Assembly (NCBI GenBank): GCA_973895155.1
Contig: OZ316891.1
Coordinates: 27,627,561-27,691,560, forward strand
From: Marsupella aquatica
Taxonomy: Eukaryota; Plantae; Marchantiophyta
Direction: 5' to 3'
DNA: 64,000 nucleotides
Position numbers and translations under genes: made by a program. Positions 27,817 through 41,600 of this stretch are shown here, in pieces (within the stretch, counting starts at the first letter, position 1; every line of letters begins with the position of its first letter). The notes beneath the pieces are model-generated. The model worked only from the letters and a program-made list of their open reading frames with translations. It did no database searches and was not told the DNA's origin.

Positions 27817-30800
27817 ATTTTTTTTTCTTTTTCTTGAAAGGAGTACTTTACTTATATGAAAAGTAAAACCCAATAAAAAACCGGGAGTCACCAGCCAGAC
27901 CAACAAAGGTCAAGGGCCAAAAACCACAAAGAGACCAAACGCATTTAGTCAAAAGGGAATAGGGGAAAAAAACAGTAACTACAGGTGCCAGAAGACAACA
28001 CGTCTCACACCAAAAAGGAAAGCAGCTAAGCAACTACAGCAAGAGAGAGGGCCCACTCTGACCAGAAAACAGGAAGAGATCATGGAGATCTGAACATCTG
28101 TCAGCTAGCAAATAATCTACGGAAAGATTAAACACTTGCACCAAACCAGGGGACTACCACTACTATCCAAGATTCACTAAAAAAAAGTAAATGTGAATCA
28201 AGGATTCCCCATAAAACTGATCAAGGAGGATCAAAGGCCCAGAGAGGGTGAAGTTCCACCAGAAAAATTCCATCAGTAAGAGAGAAGAGACCTCCATTGC
28301 GGCCATAATCACGGACCATTTTTCCAACCAGGTCCAGCCAACTGTCACTTCCCAGCTCTACCGGAATAGAGGACCGATTCTTCCAAGCAAGCTTTAGACA
28401 GAGACGAATCTCTAACCAAATCTTAGTCTTGATTCCAATGTCTGAAATACGGACCTGTTCCTTCTCCAGAGAGCACCGAGCCTTCCAAATATGCCAATTG
28501 ACAATACCTCTCACTGTATGCCATAACTTCAACGGAATCCTGTCCCGACTGATAAATGGAGCCCCGAAAAGTGCATGAACAGCCTCACACTACAAAGGCA
28601 AACTACCGATCCTTAAGGCACGTTGCATTACAAGAACACACCAAGCCCAGATTCGCTGAGAGTCTGGACACTCCCACTGACAATGCAAAGAGTCCTCATG
28701 TGCAGATAATTCACACCGAATGCACCACCACAGTACATCATTTCGAACAAATGGTATAATAGAGCCATCATCACGACGTCGGACAGTTCTTCTACCAATG
28801 TAATGACGTGTAGCATTCAGCCTATGCGTTAATTGCCAAAGGAAGTGATTAATTTTTTCTTCTCTGTATGGTTTCCAAACGTTTCCCCAAATAATGCGAT
28901 CCTGGGGAACAGAATGGACCTCCGATCTCCATTTGCTAATCCCAGCCACCTGCCCTGGGCAACTTTTCCACAGTAACTTACGAAAACCAGCCGTCGATAC
29001 GTCAAAGAAATCCTTTCCATCTGCCCATTGAAATTTTTTTGTCACTCCCAAATCAGAATCACAAGAACCCTTCAGCCCAAGTCCGACTTTATGTGAAAGC
29101 CAATCCTTATTCTTTCCAACCACCATGCGATGTAACCGATTTCCAGCTACAGTCACTAGCTCAATCATATGAAGTACACCATTTTTGATAACATATGTAT
29201 GACGAGGAATCTGAGATAACTCTGCGAGTGTCCAACAGTCCTTCAAATCACGATTAGGAATCAGAAACTCCCATACCAAATTTCCTTCAGAAATCGGCAT
29301 AGAGGAAATAAAAACTGGTTTGACAACCTCCGGATCGTCAATAGTAGTCAAAGGATCAATCGAATTAGCCATGATAGCCTCAAACGCTCTTTTGCTTCGA
29401 GGATGCGCACCTTTAACAACCAGCTCCTCCCATGATATCGGAACACCCGTAGTGGAATAAAGATTATTCCAACAAAGTAATCCAAGTGATCGTAGCATAC
29501 ATTGTTGATTGGTCTTACATCCCACCAAACATGAGTTCAGATGTACAACCGAAGGCGACCAGATCGATTGCTTCATAATATAGTGTAAGTTGGCTGGAGT
29601 TGAATTCACCAAGTGAACCTTCAACTTATTCCAAGATCGACAAATAAGCTTCCATAGATTAGAACCAGTAGAGGGGAGAGTTCGACAACGATTGAACACC
29701 CATGAATAATCCAACATCCCCCATTTATGATCTGACAGCAATCGTATCCTCGCTCTCAACAATCGCTGTAAAGGATGGCTCCCTTCTGATAGAGCAAACA
29801 GGATAAAACGCGCTGCCAGAGCAATCACCTGATCCTCAAATGAAATAAGGCCTACTCCACCGACCTTCTTAGAGCAAGAAAGTAAATTGAAGTTTACCCT
29901 ATGATGAGCAGAAGTAGCCTGACCAGCCCATAAGAAATCAATCAACACCATTTTGATTTCGTGAAGCTCCTTTTCATTTCCGCACCACAAAGTCAGACTA
30001 AACCACAGAGATCCCATCATTATATGGTTAATAGCTAGTAACCGCGCCATAAAGGAATGAGGCCTTTTCTTCAAATGAATAAGCTTTTTATTCAAAACAT
30101 CCTTCATGTAATTCAGCGTAAGCCCCTGATCGATCCCGTCTGTACCAAAGAAGAATCCAAGCATTTTTGAGTAAGATCCGGGAACTTCCCAGACCCACCC
30201 AAGATCATTAAGCTCAATCGGTAGAGGATCCTTACTCAAAAGAATAGCCTGAGCAGAATTCCAGTTGCATGCCAGCCCCGAAGCAGTAGCGAACATGGTG
30301 AAGATGGCTTGACAATGGTCTAAATTTTTTCTGTCCCCTTTCAAAACGACTGTAGTGTTATCAGCGTAAAACTGCTGCGCCAGATGAATGCCCTCTGAAT
30401 CAAACCGAACTCCTTCTAGCTTGCCGGATGATAGCTGGTCATTCAAGAGACAATCTAATCCTTGCATCGCAATAAGAAAAAACAATGGCGAGATTGGACA
30501 ACCTTGTCTGACAGAACGAGAGATGCAAAATGACTTTGTAACCCTCCCATTGATCAAAATGGCCGAGGAGGCATTGGTAGTAATCGCTCGGAAAAAATCC
30601 ACAAACGTATCTCCAAATCCCATCTCTCAATCATTTTACCAATGAAAACCCATTCCACACTGTCAAAAGCCTTGATTACATCAAGCTTCATACACACAAA
30701 CGGATCCACAGATTTCATAGCTTGATGTACCATCTCGTGTGTAAGAAGCAGTGTATGATGGATCGAGCGCCCAGGTAAATAAGCATATTGTTGCTCAGAG

Positions 30801-32246
30801 ATCACTTTCATTAAAACAGTAACCAGACGTAGCTGAAAGGATTTAGTCATCACCTTATAACTAACCGTCAAGAGTGAGATAGGCCTTTTATTCTCAATCT
30901 TAAGCTCATCGCCTTTCTTCTTAAGTAACACAATGATACCTTTCAGAAAATTTGGACGAAAACTTCCTTTCTCAATCCCAAATTTAAGAGCCTTCAGCAA
31001 CGGAGGACCTATCTGATCCCAGAAAGCCAGAAAGAATTCAGCCGGAATACCGTCATGACCAGGGGCTTTATGTTGTCCCAAAGCTTTCGTTGCTGCATGA
31101 ATTTCAGATAGTGTTAAATCTGCCTTCAACAAAAGCTTATCCTCTTGGGAAATTGACTGCTGTACCTTATCCAGGACAAGATTTAACTCAACCTCCGAAG
31201 GACTGTATTTGGAGGAGAGAAGATCAGAATAGAATTTGGTGGCAATATTAGCCAGTGCCTCCCAATCGTGATGAACCGATCCATTCTCATCATACAGGCC
31301 CTTCACCTCCAAATCAACCGACCGAGATTTGAATGAGTCAAATTGTAAACTAGAGCAAGTATCTCCATGCTGAATCCAATTCATCCGCATAGCATCCTGA
31401 ATCCATTGTAGTTTACTTGCCTCAAAAAGTTTCAACTGCTTAGTACTATCCATCAAATTGATCTGAAGATCAATATCCTGGGGATTTAGCTCTAAAGCAA
31501 TTTGAGCCATTGTCAGTTTCTCTCTCAGAGATTTAAGAGTGATTTGTCTGAGCATTGCTTGTTTTTTTCCCCAGGCACGATCCATGTTCGTCGCCTTTTT
31601 AAGACAGATCTCAAGAAGTTTATCAGGAGGCACTTCTTTAAGGCTAAGCCTGGTAACATCAGCAATCAACAAATCAATCATCTGTGGACGGAAGCCAACC
31701 TCCTTAAAATGAGCGACATTCATCTTGAATCGCGAAGGAAAGGAGACCTTATTTCCAGTCGTACAGCTAATCAGAATAGGATGATGGTCAGAGAGATATT
31801 GAGCGGGAATAATATGGGAGATAGTAGAGAACATGAGATTAGATCCAACCACAGGCGCATAGCACCGATCTAGGCGACGGTATACTCTTTCTGAAGATAA
31901 CAAATCTCCCACCAATCTTCTGTTAGACCAAGTATAACGTAATTGCCCGGGGAATCTTTTAAAAGTATCTACCCATTTCATCTTTCTTTTAAGATGCTCC
32001 CAAGCTCTTTTTTCTCCGCCAATAATCGTGTGTGGTCGACCTCCAGCTTGATCAGAGATATCATCCACCATGTTAAAATCACCCAGAAGAATCCATCCCC
32101 GATCATTCGGGATAACTTGAAAAAGTTCTCCCCAAAGTAAGGTACGTTCACGAGCCCCCTCCGGCCCAGTAGGAGCGTACACATTAATAACTCCAAACTC
32201 ACAAAGTTTAGGATGTCTGAAACAACACCAAACCCCTCTTCCACTA
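27817..32246 (-). mobile_element. L1-clade LINE ORF2 pseudogene (APE endonuclease + RT + zf-RVT), 5'-truncated
   Basis: Endonuclease motifs INVYAP, LGDFN, RLDR, SDH; RT motifs KAPGHDG, RPISLL, LDVIKAFDSVEW, RQGCPISP, FYADN; C-terminal CIRC..HED..HC..C and WHIWKAR; frameshifts at ~30625 and ~28590; A-rich tail at 27817-27835 on the minus strand. Confidence 0.95.
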
Positions 32247-32247
32247 G

Positions 32248-32350
32248 GTAGATATCACTTGTGGTATAGATCTTGTGGTAGATATCACTTGTGGTAGATA
32301 TCACTTGTGGTATAGATCTTGTGGTAGATATCACTTGTGGTATAGATCTT
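32248..32350. repeat. Composite tandem array of 16-bp (GTAGATATCACTTGTG) and 14-bp (GTATAGATCTTGTG) units
   Basis: Order A-B-A-A-B-A-B', starting directly at the LINE 5' truncation point. Confidence 0.9.
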
Positions 32351-32754
32351 TTCCCTTTTTTCTTTTTTTAGGTCTTGTGTGTTTACATTTGCACACTTCT
32401 TTCCGGTTTGGGGTTTGGCGGCTTTGGAACTCTTTTGCTTTTTCTTCATTGTATTTGATTTGGCCCTTTTTGAATAAACTTAGAGTACATATGTGTTTGA
32501 GTATATCCTGGTCCCACTTATAAATTTAGGTAGGACACTAGAGCTTGGCCACTAGGTCTTCACACTATTGCAGTGGAGTATTTTTTAATTCTTTTTCTAG
32601 GTTTTGGGTTTTGCATTTGATGTTTTGAGTTTAGTGTTTAGTGGATGTCTTTTGCTTTTATTCCATTGTACTTGTTTTGTACTTTATTTTGGTAAGTTGG
32701 TATTTTCCACTTTTTCTGTTGTATCTAAACAGTTACTAAACCTTTTTGTTTGTT

Positions 32755-33966
32755 CCCAAAAATGCAACGTGGATACCTTTTAAGCCGCCCTCTATAAAGA
32801 CCCTTTAAATATATTTTTGTTTGTGTTTGTGTTTGATGCCTAAAATGCAACGTGGATAAGTTTTGCGGATATCTAAGCTGCCATCTATATAGACCCTTTC
32901 AAAACATTTGTGCTTCTATTTGATGCCAAACACCAGTATGGAGCTTTCAAAAACAGTTTAGGATGCCAAAATTGAAAGGTGGATACTATTTGTGGATAAA
33001 TATGCTGCCCTCTATATGGACCCTTTAGAAATTGTATTTGATGCCCAAAATGCAACGTGGGTACCTTTTGCAGATAAATAATCTGCCTTCTATATAGACC
33101 CTGCCCAAACAATAATTGGGCCCTTTAAAAACAGTTTCGGATGCCTTTGTGAGGTTGGTTGCCCTCTATAGGGAGCCTCTAACAATAGTTTTATGTGATT
33201 GATTCCCAAAAATTCAACGTGGATAACTTTTGCAGATAAATATGCTGCCCTCTATATGGACCCTTTAAAAATCGTGTTTGATGTCCAAATGAAACGTGGA
33301 TACCTTTCGCAGATAAATAAACTGCCCTCTATATAGTCTATATAGACCCTGCCAAAAACAAAGGGACCCTTTACAGATTGTGTTTGATGCCCAAAATGCA
33401 ACTTGTATACCTATAGTCCTGTATAGATAAGGTGTTTATGATACTCTATGAACCCCAGACTCATATTTGAAGTGAAGGTCTTCTTCGGTGAAGGAAATGC
33501 CTTAGTTGGAAGAAGCCTGGAAGCCGAGAGTATTCAGTTATGTTTGTAAGGAATTTCCCCAAGCACACACAACAAAGGTTTTGGAGATATTAGGTTATCT
33601 CTTAATTGGTTTTTCATGCAGAACCATAGAAGGAACTCAATCACTATTAATTGGTACCTTTATTTATGTATAAAATAAATCAAGTATAGACCCTGCCAAA
33701 AAATTGATACCATCTATCTCTAAAAAATATAATAATAATAATAATAATAAACAGACCCTGCCAAAACAAAATTTGGGCTGCCCAGAGAGCATGACCGATA
33801 GGTTTTGGGTTAACTATTGTGATTGATTTCTCTTTTTGTGAGGTTTCACAGATTTTCACTTTAAAAAAATAAATTAAAAATCCAATTTCGGATGCCGAGA
33901 ATGAAACGTGGATAGCGTGTGCGGATACTCAAGTCTCCCTCTATATGGGCCCTTTAAAACGGTGCC
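32755..33966. repeat. Interrupted array of a ~78-bp repeat (about 8-9 copies)
   Basis: Consensus GATGCCCAAAATGCAACGTGGATAC.TTTGCAGATA....CTGCCCTCTATAT(A/G)GACCCTTTAAAA at ~32755, 32836, 32962, 33040, 33201, 33280, 33386 (partial) and 33891. Confidence 0.85.
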
Positions 33967-35654
33967 TGAATTCGAGAAACCGGCACCCGCACCGGCACCG
34001 GCGGCGATGACTTCTCTAAGGCTTAGCTTTTCCGACTTAACCGTGGAAGCCAATCTTTTTTCGCAGTTGCGTCGAATGAAAGCCGAAGGAATGTTGTTGA
34101 ATTGCTCGCTGCTGCAGCTTCGGGAGCTCAGGGCCCTCACCGAGCAACAAGTGTGGGTGTCTGTGCTTTTCTATGTCCGTGAGCATTCCTCCTCGGCTTT
34201 CTGCTCTCGTTCTCGGGGAGCTTTCTGATGTCGTCGTAGAGCGCAGGAGCGTGGCGAAGGAATGGAGTGGAATGGAGGTCGGAGGAGTACGAGGAGGAAT
34301 GGAGGGAGACGCGTAGACTTGAATGCCGTTCTTTCTCTCTCTCCGCTTGCGGCTGAGGCTTAGATATCTATCATTCTTTTGAAAGCTCGTCTGGTGGAAG
34401 AGGAGCGTCGAATTGGATATAGAAGGCTGGCGCTGTCTGTTTTGGAAGGGAGAGTATCAGCTGAGCTTTCTTTGCTTGTGTGCGCGCGGAGCGGAATTGC
34501 GTCCTCGAATTTTACGTCTCTTGTGAAGGAGGGGACAGGACGGAATGGGAAGAAGAATAATACCATTACAGAACGGCTTCTGGCCAGGTCGCAGCTGATG
34601 CGTGAATTACGCCAAGGACGTCCCTCATCTTCCGTGCCGTGGGCGTGCAATTGACTCTTCTGCACCCTTCGTAGTCGTTACGCCTTTTCCTGTCGGCTCT
34701 GGTTCCCGGTCGACCTTTCTTTCGTTCGTCCGTGTTCCATACTGATCCAATTCTTTCGTGTGCCGTCAATTGAGAAAGGCTGGTGGAGAATCGGGATGAC
34801 GCCGGCAGTTTATCCTGCGGATGTCTACCCCAACGTACGCTGTTGAACGGAAAGGTGAGCTCCATAAATCACTTCCGAGTCGACGTGAGCAATTCATTGT
34901 GGATGAAGGCTCGCTCTCGGTGCGCAAGGGTAATGTTTTTTCCTGCGTTTCACCGGTGTGTAGTTTGTTTTCTTTCACCAGATTTTCTGGATTCTTTACA
35001 GGAAGTTCGGAGCTAATAAACTTGGTAATGATTCGTGTTGCAATGCTATTTTCAATCCCGCTCTCCGTGAATTGAACACTTCACTAGCCGTTCGGGGCTT
35101 CACAGTTGTCAGTTCCTTCATCTGAGTCTTCATACCTCGTCGTTTTTGCAACAATTGGAAGGGATAGTTGAGCTGCCTTGACACAACGAGCGCATCCCTG
35201 AGTTAGGTTTATCCTGTCTTGGTAAAGTGACGAATCTGATTATTCGATTATCACTTTTCTCGTCTTAGTGGATAAAGCTGTAATTTCTTGATTGACATTC
35301 CCCCTTTTGAGTATTAATCCATGTCAATATGAAGGTCAGTGGTGGCCGGAACTAAACGGTAATGGTACTTAAAAAATAAATTCCATTGTGGCGCAGTTCT
35401 GGTGTTCGATATGTACCACGGTGTCTATCATAACATTCCCATGGGGAGATGTTCCCGATGAACAAGGCTGCTGGAGTACATGATGGCATGCAATGCGTCC
35501 CGTGGAATGCCAACCTTGTACCTTCCTTATTGGTTCCAACAGAAAGTGGATGGTTGGTATACTAGTCCACTCGGCAGAGCCAACAGAGGCTGGATGACAA
35601 CTTCGGCAGACTCCTGACAGTGCCTGGTCCGAAGCTGTTGTTCTCTTCTGCAAA

Positions 35655-38600
35655 ATGGTGCCTCGGGTAGCAATGGATGCTGCCCATGCTGCCGCAGTAA
35701 TGGTGCGAGTTCATGGCCCTGTAAGACGCCCTACTTCACCCCAATACATTCTGTTCACCATCTCTGCAACTAAATTTTACTACACAGATGGGGCAAACAG
35801 GTCGCTGCAATGTACAAAGGATGGGAGTCACTGCCGCGACATCGCTGATGTCCCCTCCTTTAGTTTTCTGTACTTCTAAGCATTTTGCCGTTGTTGAGTT
35901 TCAAAATTTTTTCGTGGTCGTAGGATCCAAAAGGGAGAAAAATGCGGAGGCATGCTTTTTTCCACACCGAGTGAGTATCCTTACTTCCATTTTGCTCTTT
36001 CTCTGAAAGTCAATTTGACACTTGCTTTCAAGGCTTTACCCCGGTCTTGTAAATGAGGCCCTAAGTTTCTTGTTTATTGCGAATTGTCTCATTTTCTTCA
36101 TTGCAGCGTTCGAAATTATGTCATAATAACCTTGGAACAACATTTAGGTCAGGGGACACGACACTTTCGGCTTCGGGCTTTCTTTCACTGAAGACCGCTG
36201 CCTTGAAGATAGGGGAGAAAGTAGTACCTCAGTACCAAAATCAATTTCTGTGTGCAACGGTGTCAAGTTCTTCGGTTGTAGTGGTCACATGTGCCTCCAT
36301 TATCGAGCCTTTCCTTTCTCAGCAGCCTTATGGGACTTCTCCGGTTGAGGTGATCTCTGCGGTCGAGTCTTTCTTTCTTCTTTATTTACAAGCCTTCTAA
36401 CTAGGTGGGGTTGATAACAATTGAAATGCATCTCTAGGACAATCTCTAGAGGTGTGGAGGGTAGCTTTGTGGTTTTTAGGTGCACTGAGTTGGAGATTAT
36501 GCGGAGTTTGAGAGTCAATCATTTTCAATTGTAATTGAATCTGTGTTGGTTATCACAGGCAAGAGTCTCACCAAAATTGATTCCAGGAGCAGAAATAGAC
36601 GTCCTTGTTGAGGTACGTTGAGGTTATGAATTGAGGTTTGATTTTGAATTAATCCTACATCTACACTGCTGTGACGTATCTTTCAGCAAACAAGGGTGCG
36701 TAGGAAGAATCTCGGTCCTGTGGAATGAAACATGCGCTTTACAACCTGTACCTGCATTTTATACACTTGACCCCATTTCCTGCTCGTATTGTTGGTTTGG
36801 CTTCGTTGAGATTTCTCCGATGCTACAACAAAGAGGTTTACTTATGTAGCCTGCGAGAAGACGAAATTCCCTACCATACTGATGTCCCACAGTTGTTTTT
36901 CTCTGTAGAGGGTACTAGAACTTCACCGTGCTGCCGTTTTATGTAATATTCAGAGGCTAGCTTATTTGATATGTGGCTGGTATTGTAGGTGCTAGATGGC
37001 AAGCCAACTGACGGGGACAACCGTTCTCAGTGCTGGATACCAGCTGAACTTGAACGTGTGGTGCGTATGAGATGTTGGTCCAAAAACAAAGTGTCTAATT
37101 CAAGTATGCACACTTGTAATGGTTTTCTCCGGGGCTTTAATATGGCTTGTGTAGACATTGGCCTGAGCAGTACTGCGAACCTGAGTTACGACCACTGTCC
37201 CTCAAGTGTACAGATACTAATATCCTGGATCCGCTCACGAGCCGCTTTCAGTTCCTGACATTCATTTGTACATGTGTACTATATATTAACTTACTTACTA
37301 GGTCTTCGTCTTGGTAATCAGGTGGACATCCCTGCTGCTGGGGCAGCTCTGCAAGGTCTATTGGATGTCCATGGTGGTAGCGTAGATGGAGCTTGGGAAG
37401 TTGGTTGGGCCCTGGCTCCTTTAGAAGGAAACTCTCAACTGCAAGGTCTTGGTGCTGGAGCAGTTACAACAAGAGCAATCGTGGTACGTTAGTTGGCAAT
37501 GTGGATTTTCTGCTGGACTTGAAATCTGAATTGCAAAGTTGTGCTCATGGCCAAAACGACATAGACATGTATGTTTCCACCGTGTACTACGGAACAGTGA
37601 TCGCGAGTTTCAAGTTTCCTCTCTCCAGAAGTCAATCTGAAGTTGAATGACTCATTGTTTTCATCTCTACATCATTTATTGGCAGACTCCTTTTAGAATG
37701 GAGACTGGTCACAAGTCGAACGCCCCCAAGATCATCATCCGTGGGCAAAATTAGGACTTGAATGACGGAAAACCAGGTTTTAAAAGTGACAGATACTAAA
37801 CAGCAGACAGCATTGCGTGTAGCCAGTTCACAGCCAGCCATTGGACTAGTACTGTAAACACACGTCATAGTTCTGGTTGGTATTGTACTCTCTGTATCAT
37901 TAGTCGTGAGTAAGAGCACTCTCACAGTTGCCGGGGCCAACAGCACGGCCTGATTGGACTCCAATCAAATTATCTTACCAAAACATAGATTTCTTGTGGT
38001 TTCAGGTCTGGACTGTACATTATCAGCTTTGCCATGTCTCAAAGCTCCTAGAGAACTAATGCTTTAAGTATATACCTCCCTCTTAAATAATTTATCTAGT
38101 GAGTTAGTATTCTCCCTCAATATGGTAGATTGATCTCCTGACCTATGTGGACTTTCTGCAGGAAAATGAACCTTCAAGACGTTGGGCAACTGCAGAAGAG
38201 CCAGCATTCAGCTCTGATGAAACGAATGGCGTCAGAGTGGGCAGTTTATCTATGGCAGCAACAAGAGTGGCGATTCTGAGCCTCTCTTGGGGAGAAATGG
38301 AGCCAGCTTCAAGCTTTCAAGACAGTAGCTTTCAGCAAGCATCTGAAAAGCACAGGCAATCAGAGGTTAGGCGATTTAGTCTCTTTGAACGTTCTCAAGG
38401 CCTATTTGACCTAGGGATTGATCGTACTTACCCTGAAAGCGTTTAAACCTATCTGGTAAAGACACTGATGTGTATGTATTCTTTGAAAGGGTCCCAGCTT
38501 TCTTAGTTATTGCAATATACCGGATTCCGAAGTTCATTTGATGGATTTTGGATATTCTGTATGTTCCGTCCTTTAAAGTTGAGCTGTAGTAGAGTTTACC

Positions 38601-41600
38601 CGACTTTTCAGCACGTTTAAGTTCAATCAGCAGGCTGGGGACTTGTGGGATTCTTGAGTAACGCGTAGGCCAGCTTCACTTGTGGCAAATCGTGGTGACC
38701 TATACCAGTATCTGGCGTTAGATGCTGGGTACAGAAACAAAGAACTGTTTTTGCTCAACAGTTTGGCTCCCGACCTGCAGGTTTCCTTTGGCTTGGCAGT
38801 GGCCAGTTCCTTGAAGCGAGGCGATTTTTTATTGGCTGTGGGTTCCCCTTTTGGAGCATTATCACCGTTGCATTTTCATAATAGGTAAGAATCAGAACAA
38901 TGTTGAATATAATTATAATATTATACGCTGTTCTTGACTTGATCAAGAGCCATTTTAAGAAACGGTACGTGACTACCAGCCTGCGTGACCATGTCACCAG
39001 ATATGATTTTCTGTATCGTGGTGGATTGCTTGATTGCCTGCTGCAGGATGTAATTAACACAACCCAAAAAATAGAAAGGCACATTTATGGGATTGCGGTT
39101 GTTGATAAGTTCCCTTTATGATTGAGATTGGTATCAGCTTGTCAGCAGGGGTTGTGTCAAATTGTTGGCCTCCAGCATCAAAATCAGCTGCTCTCCTAAT
39201 GGCAGATGTTCGCTGTCTTCCTGGTGAGCGTCCGTCATTCTATTCTATTCTATTCTATTCTATTCTATTCTATTCTATTCTATTCTATTCTGAAACTGTC
39301 TTACTTACTGCAGTCCTCTTTCCAAAGGAAATACTTCAAGTACCTTGAAAATTCCTGGTTCGGCATATATCACTAAATCATTAGCTCCTGCAGCCTATGC
39401 CGCTGTTTGGATGTTTGCTGCAGATTTGGAATGTTGTAGATGTTTCGATTTTCTTGGGTTTTTGCTGTCGCAGGAATGGAGGGTGGCCCTGTTCTTGATG
39501 AGCGTGGTGCGCTTGTTGGGATGTTAACAAGACCTCTTCGGCAACGAAGTGGAGGGGCAGAAGTCCAGGCATGTCTATGACTTCCCAAATTTTGATAGCT
39601 GTAACTGAAATTGAATATTAAGTCCACTGGTCGCTAAAGTGAGCGAGGGACAGAAAGGTGGCAAATAGGCCAGATTTGCTACTGAAATACTACCCTGGTG
39701 GTCGAGATTGTAAGCTAGCTATAAGGTTATGCTCTTTCCCTCGTTTTCCAGCTGAAGTTAACGAACAGTATTAACCTCTGGAGAGCTGGAGCTGACACCT
39801 CAGCTGGCCTACGATTTGGGATATTGACGGATCTGCAGCTAGTTTACGCAAAATGTCACAGAGAGGATCATTTTCTTTCTTTGACACAAACTTGGCAATT
39901 GCAGTTGGTGATGACGGCTTCGGTGTTAGCGCCAGCTCTTCATCATGCTGGAGTTACACTTGGAGTACCTTTTGCACAACAGTCTGTGTCATTTGATCAT
40001 GATGCTGCCAATTCAACTCGTTTCAGTGGTACAAGTAGTTCTCTTGAGGCTGATTCTTGTACAGGCATGATGAGATCCTTAGACGTGCAGTCGAATTCTC
40101 TTGCTGCACCGGCCGTTGCACGTGCTTTGAAGTCAGTTGTGCTTGTCACAATTGGTGATGGAGCTTGGGCTTCTGGTGTAATTATCAGTAAAACGGGCCT
40201 CATTCTCACAAATGCACATCTTCTGGAACCTTGGCGATTTGGAAAGACGCGGTCGGCTCATCAACATGCCCTCTTATCTAGATGTGCTGGTGGATCTGCT
40301 CTGAGAGACGGTGGGGAGATGAAATATGATCATTTCTACTCCGGTTTTGATGAAGTTGGAGCACAGGGATATGGTCACTTGAACAATGATGAGAAGCTGA
40401 CTTCAGAAAAGCATGACCACTCCCAGTCTTCCTCATTTCCATCTTCTACGATGTTTGGAATGGAGGATAGTATTACCCAATCAGAGGCCACTATTAAGCC
40501 CGCAGAAATGAAATGGAGAGCCTACCAGCGAATAAGGGTTAGATTGGATCACCAACATATTCGTTCTTGGCACAATGCTGAGGCCATTTATGTGTCACAA
40601 GGGCCTCTTGACATTGCCTTGTTGCAGCTCATCTCACCGCCACCAGATCTGAGTCCAATTGTTCCAGAGGAGTCTTGTCCCCCTCCAGGCTCAACAGCTG
40701 TAGTCATTGGTCATGGTCTATTTGGACCCCGAGCAGGTACTGCCGAATTTAATTTAATTTTCGGGTTTCCTCATATTCGTTTTGTCAAATACCATTTGCG
40801 ACTTACGAGTTTAGTTGGATTTGTGGGCACTACTTAACTAGATTCAGTTTGTTGTTTTCTTTCTCAAATGCGAAGTGCGCCTGAAAAGGTTGGTTTTTTG
40901 GCTTGTTAGGCTGCATCTCGGGCTTTACTAGCCTTTGAATAGAAATTCTATGAACAGATCTTTCAGATGTTCGTGTCAGCTTTACTTGGCGTTCTTGGCA
41001 CCGAGCCAAATCCCTATGGCCTGACCTCAGTTCCTGTGCTTGCTGGCGCTGTTTTTTGTTGTTGTTGCAGAACTGTCTCCATCAGTCAGTGCAGGTGTGG
41101 TTGCAAGAGTCGTAAAAGCAGGAAGGCAGGCTGTAGATAGAGGTCATTACGATGAGAATGGAGATCTTATGTATCCAGCTATGCTTCAGACAACAGCCGC
41201 AGTGCATCCTGGTGGCAGTGGCGGTGCTGTTGTCAACAGTCTGGGACGAATGATAGGTTTAGTTACAAGGTTAGAGCACTCTCAGCAGTACCATGGTGAA
41301 CTCGAAGGCGTATCGCTGCTTGATTGGGAGAAGCACTGATCTCGAGCCGACGTTTTAAGTGTTCCTGGCTTAGGCTGCCGCTAAGACTCTGATTTTATCT
41401 TATCGCAGTTTGGTCAAAGTTGGTTTTGATGCTTACATATCGATTGTACGTTGTTTGTAGCAATGCAAGACACAGCGGTGGAAGTGTGATACCATTTCTG
41501 AATTTCAGTGTACCATATGGAGCACTTTCTCCAATATTCGACTTTGCCTCAAAAGGTAAGCTTTTCCTCCCTTGAAGGTAGTGATGGAAATGGAGTACAA

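Noticed and set aside
38669-38780. 5' extension of a DEG15 exon (ORF from 38682)
   Set aside because: The acceptor at 38668 is out of phase with the upstream GT donor; the acceptor at 38780 fits.
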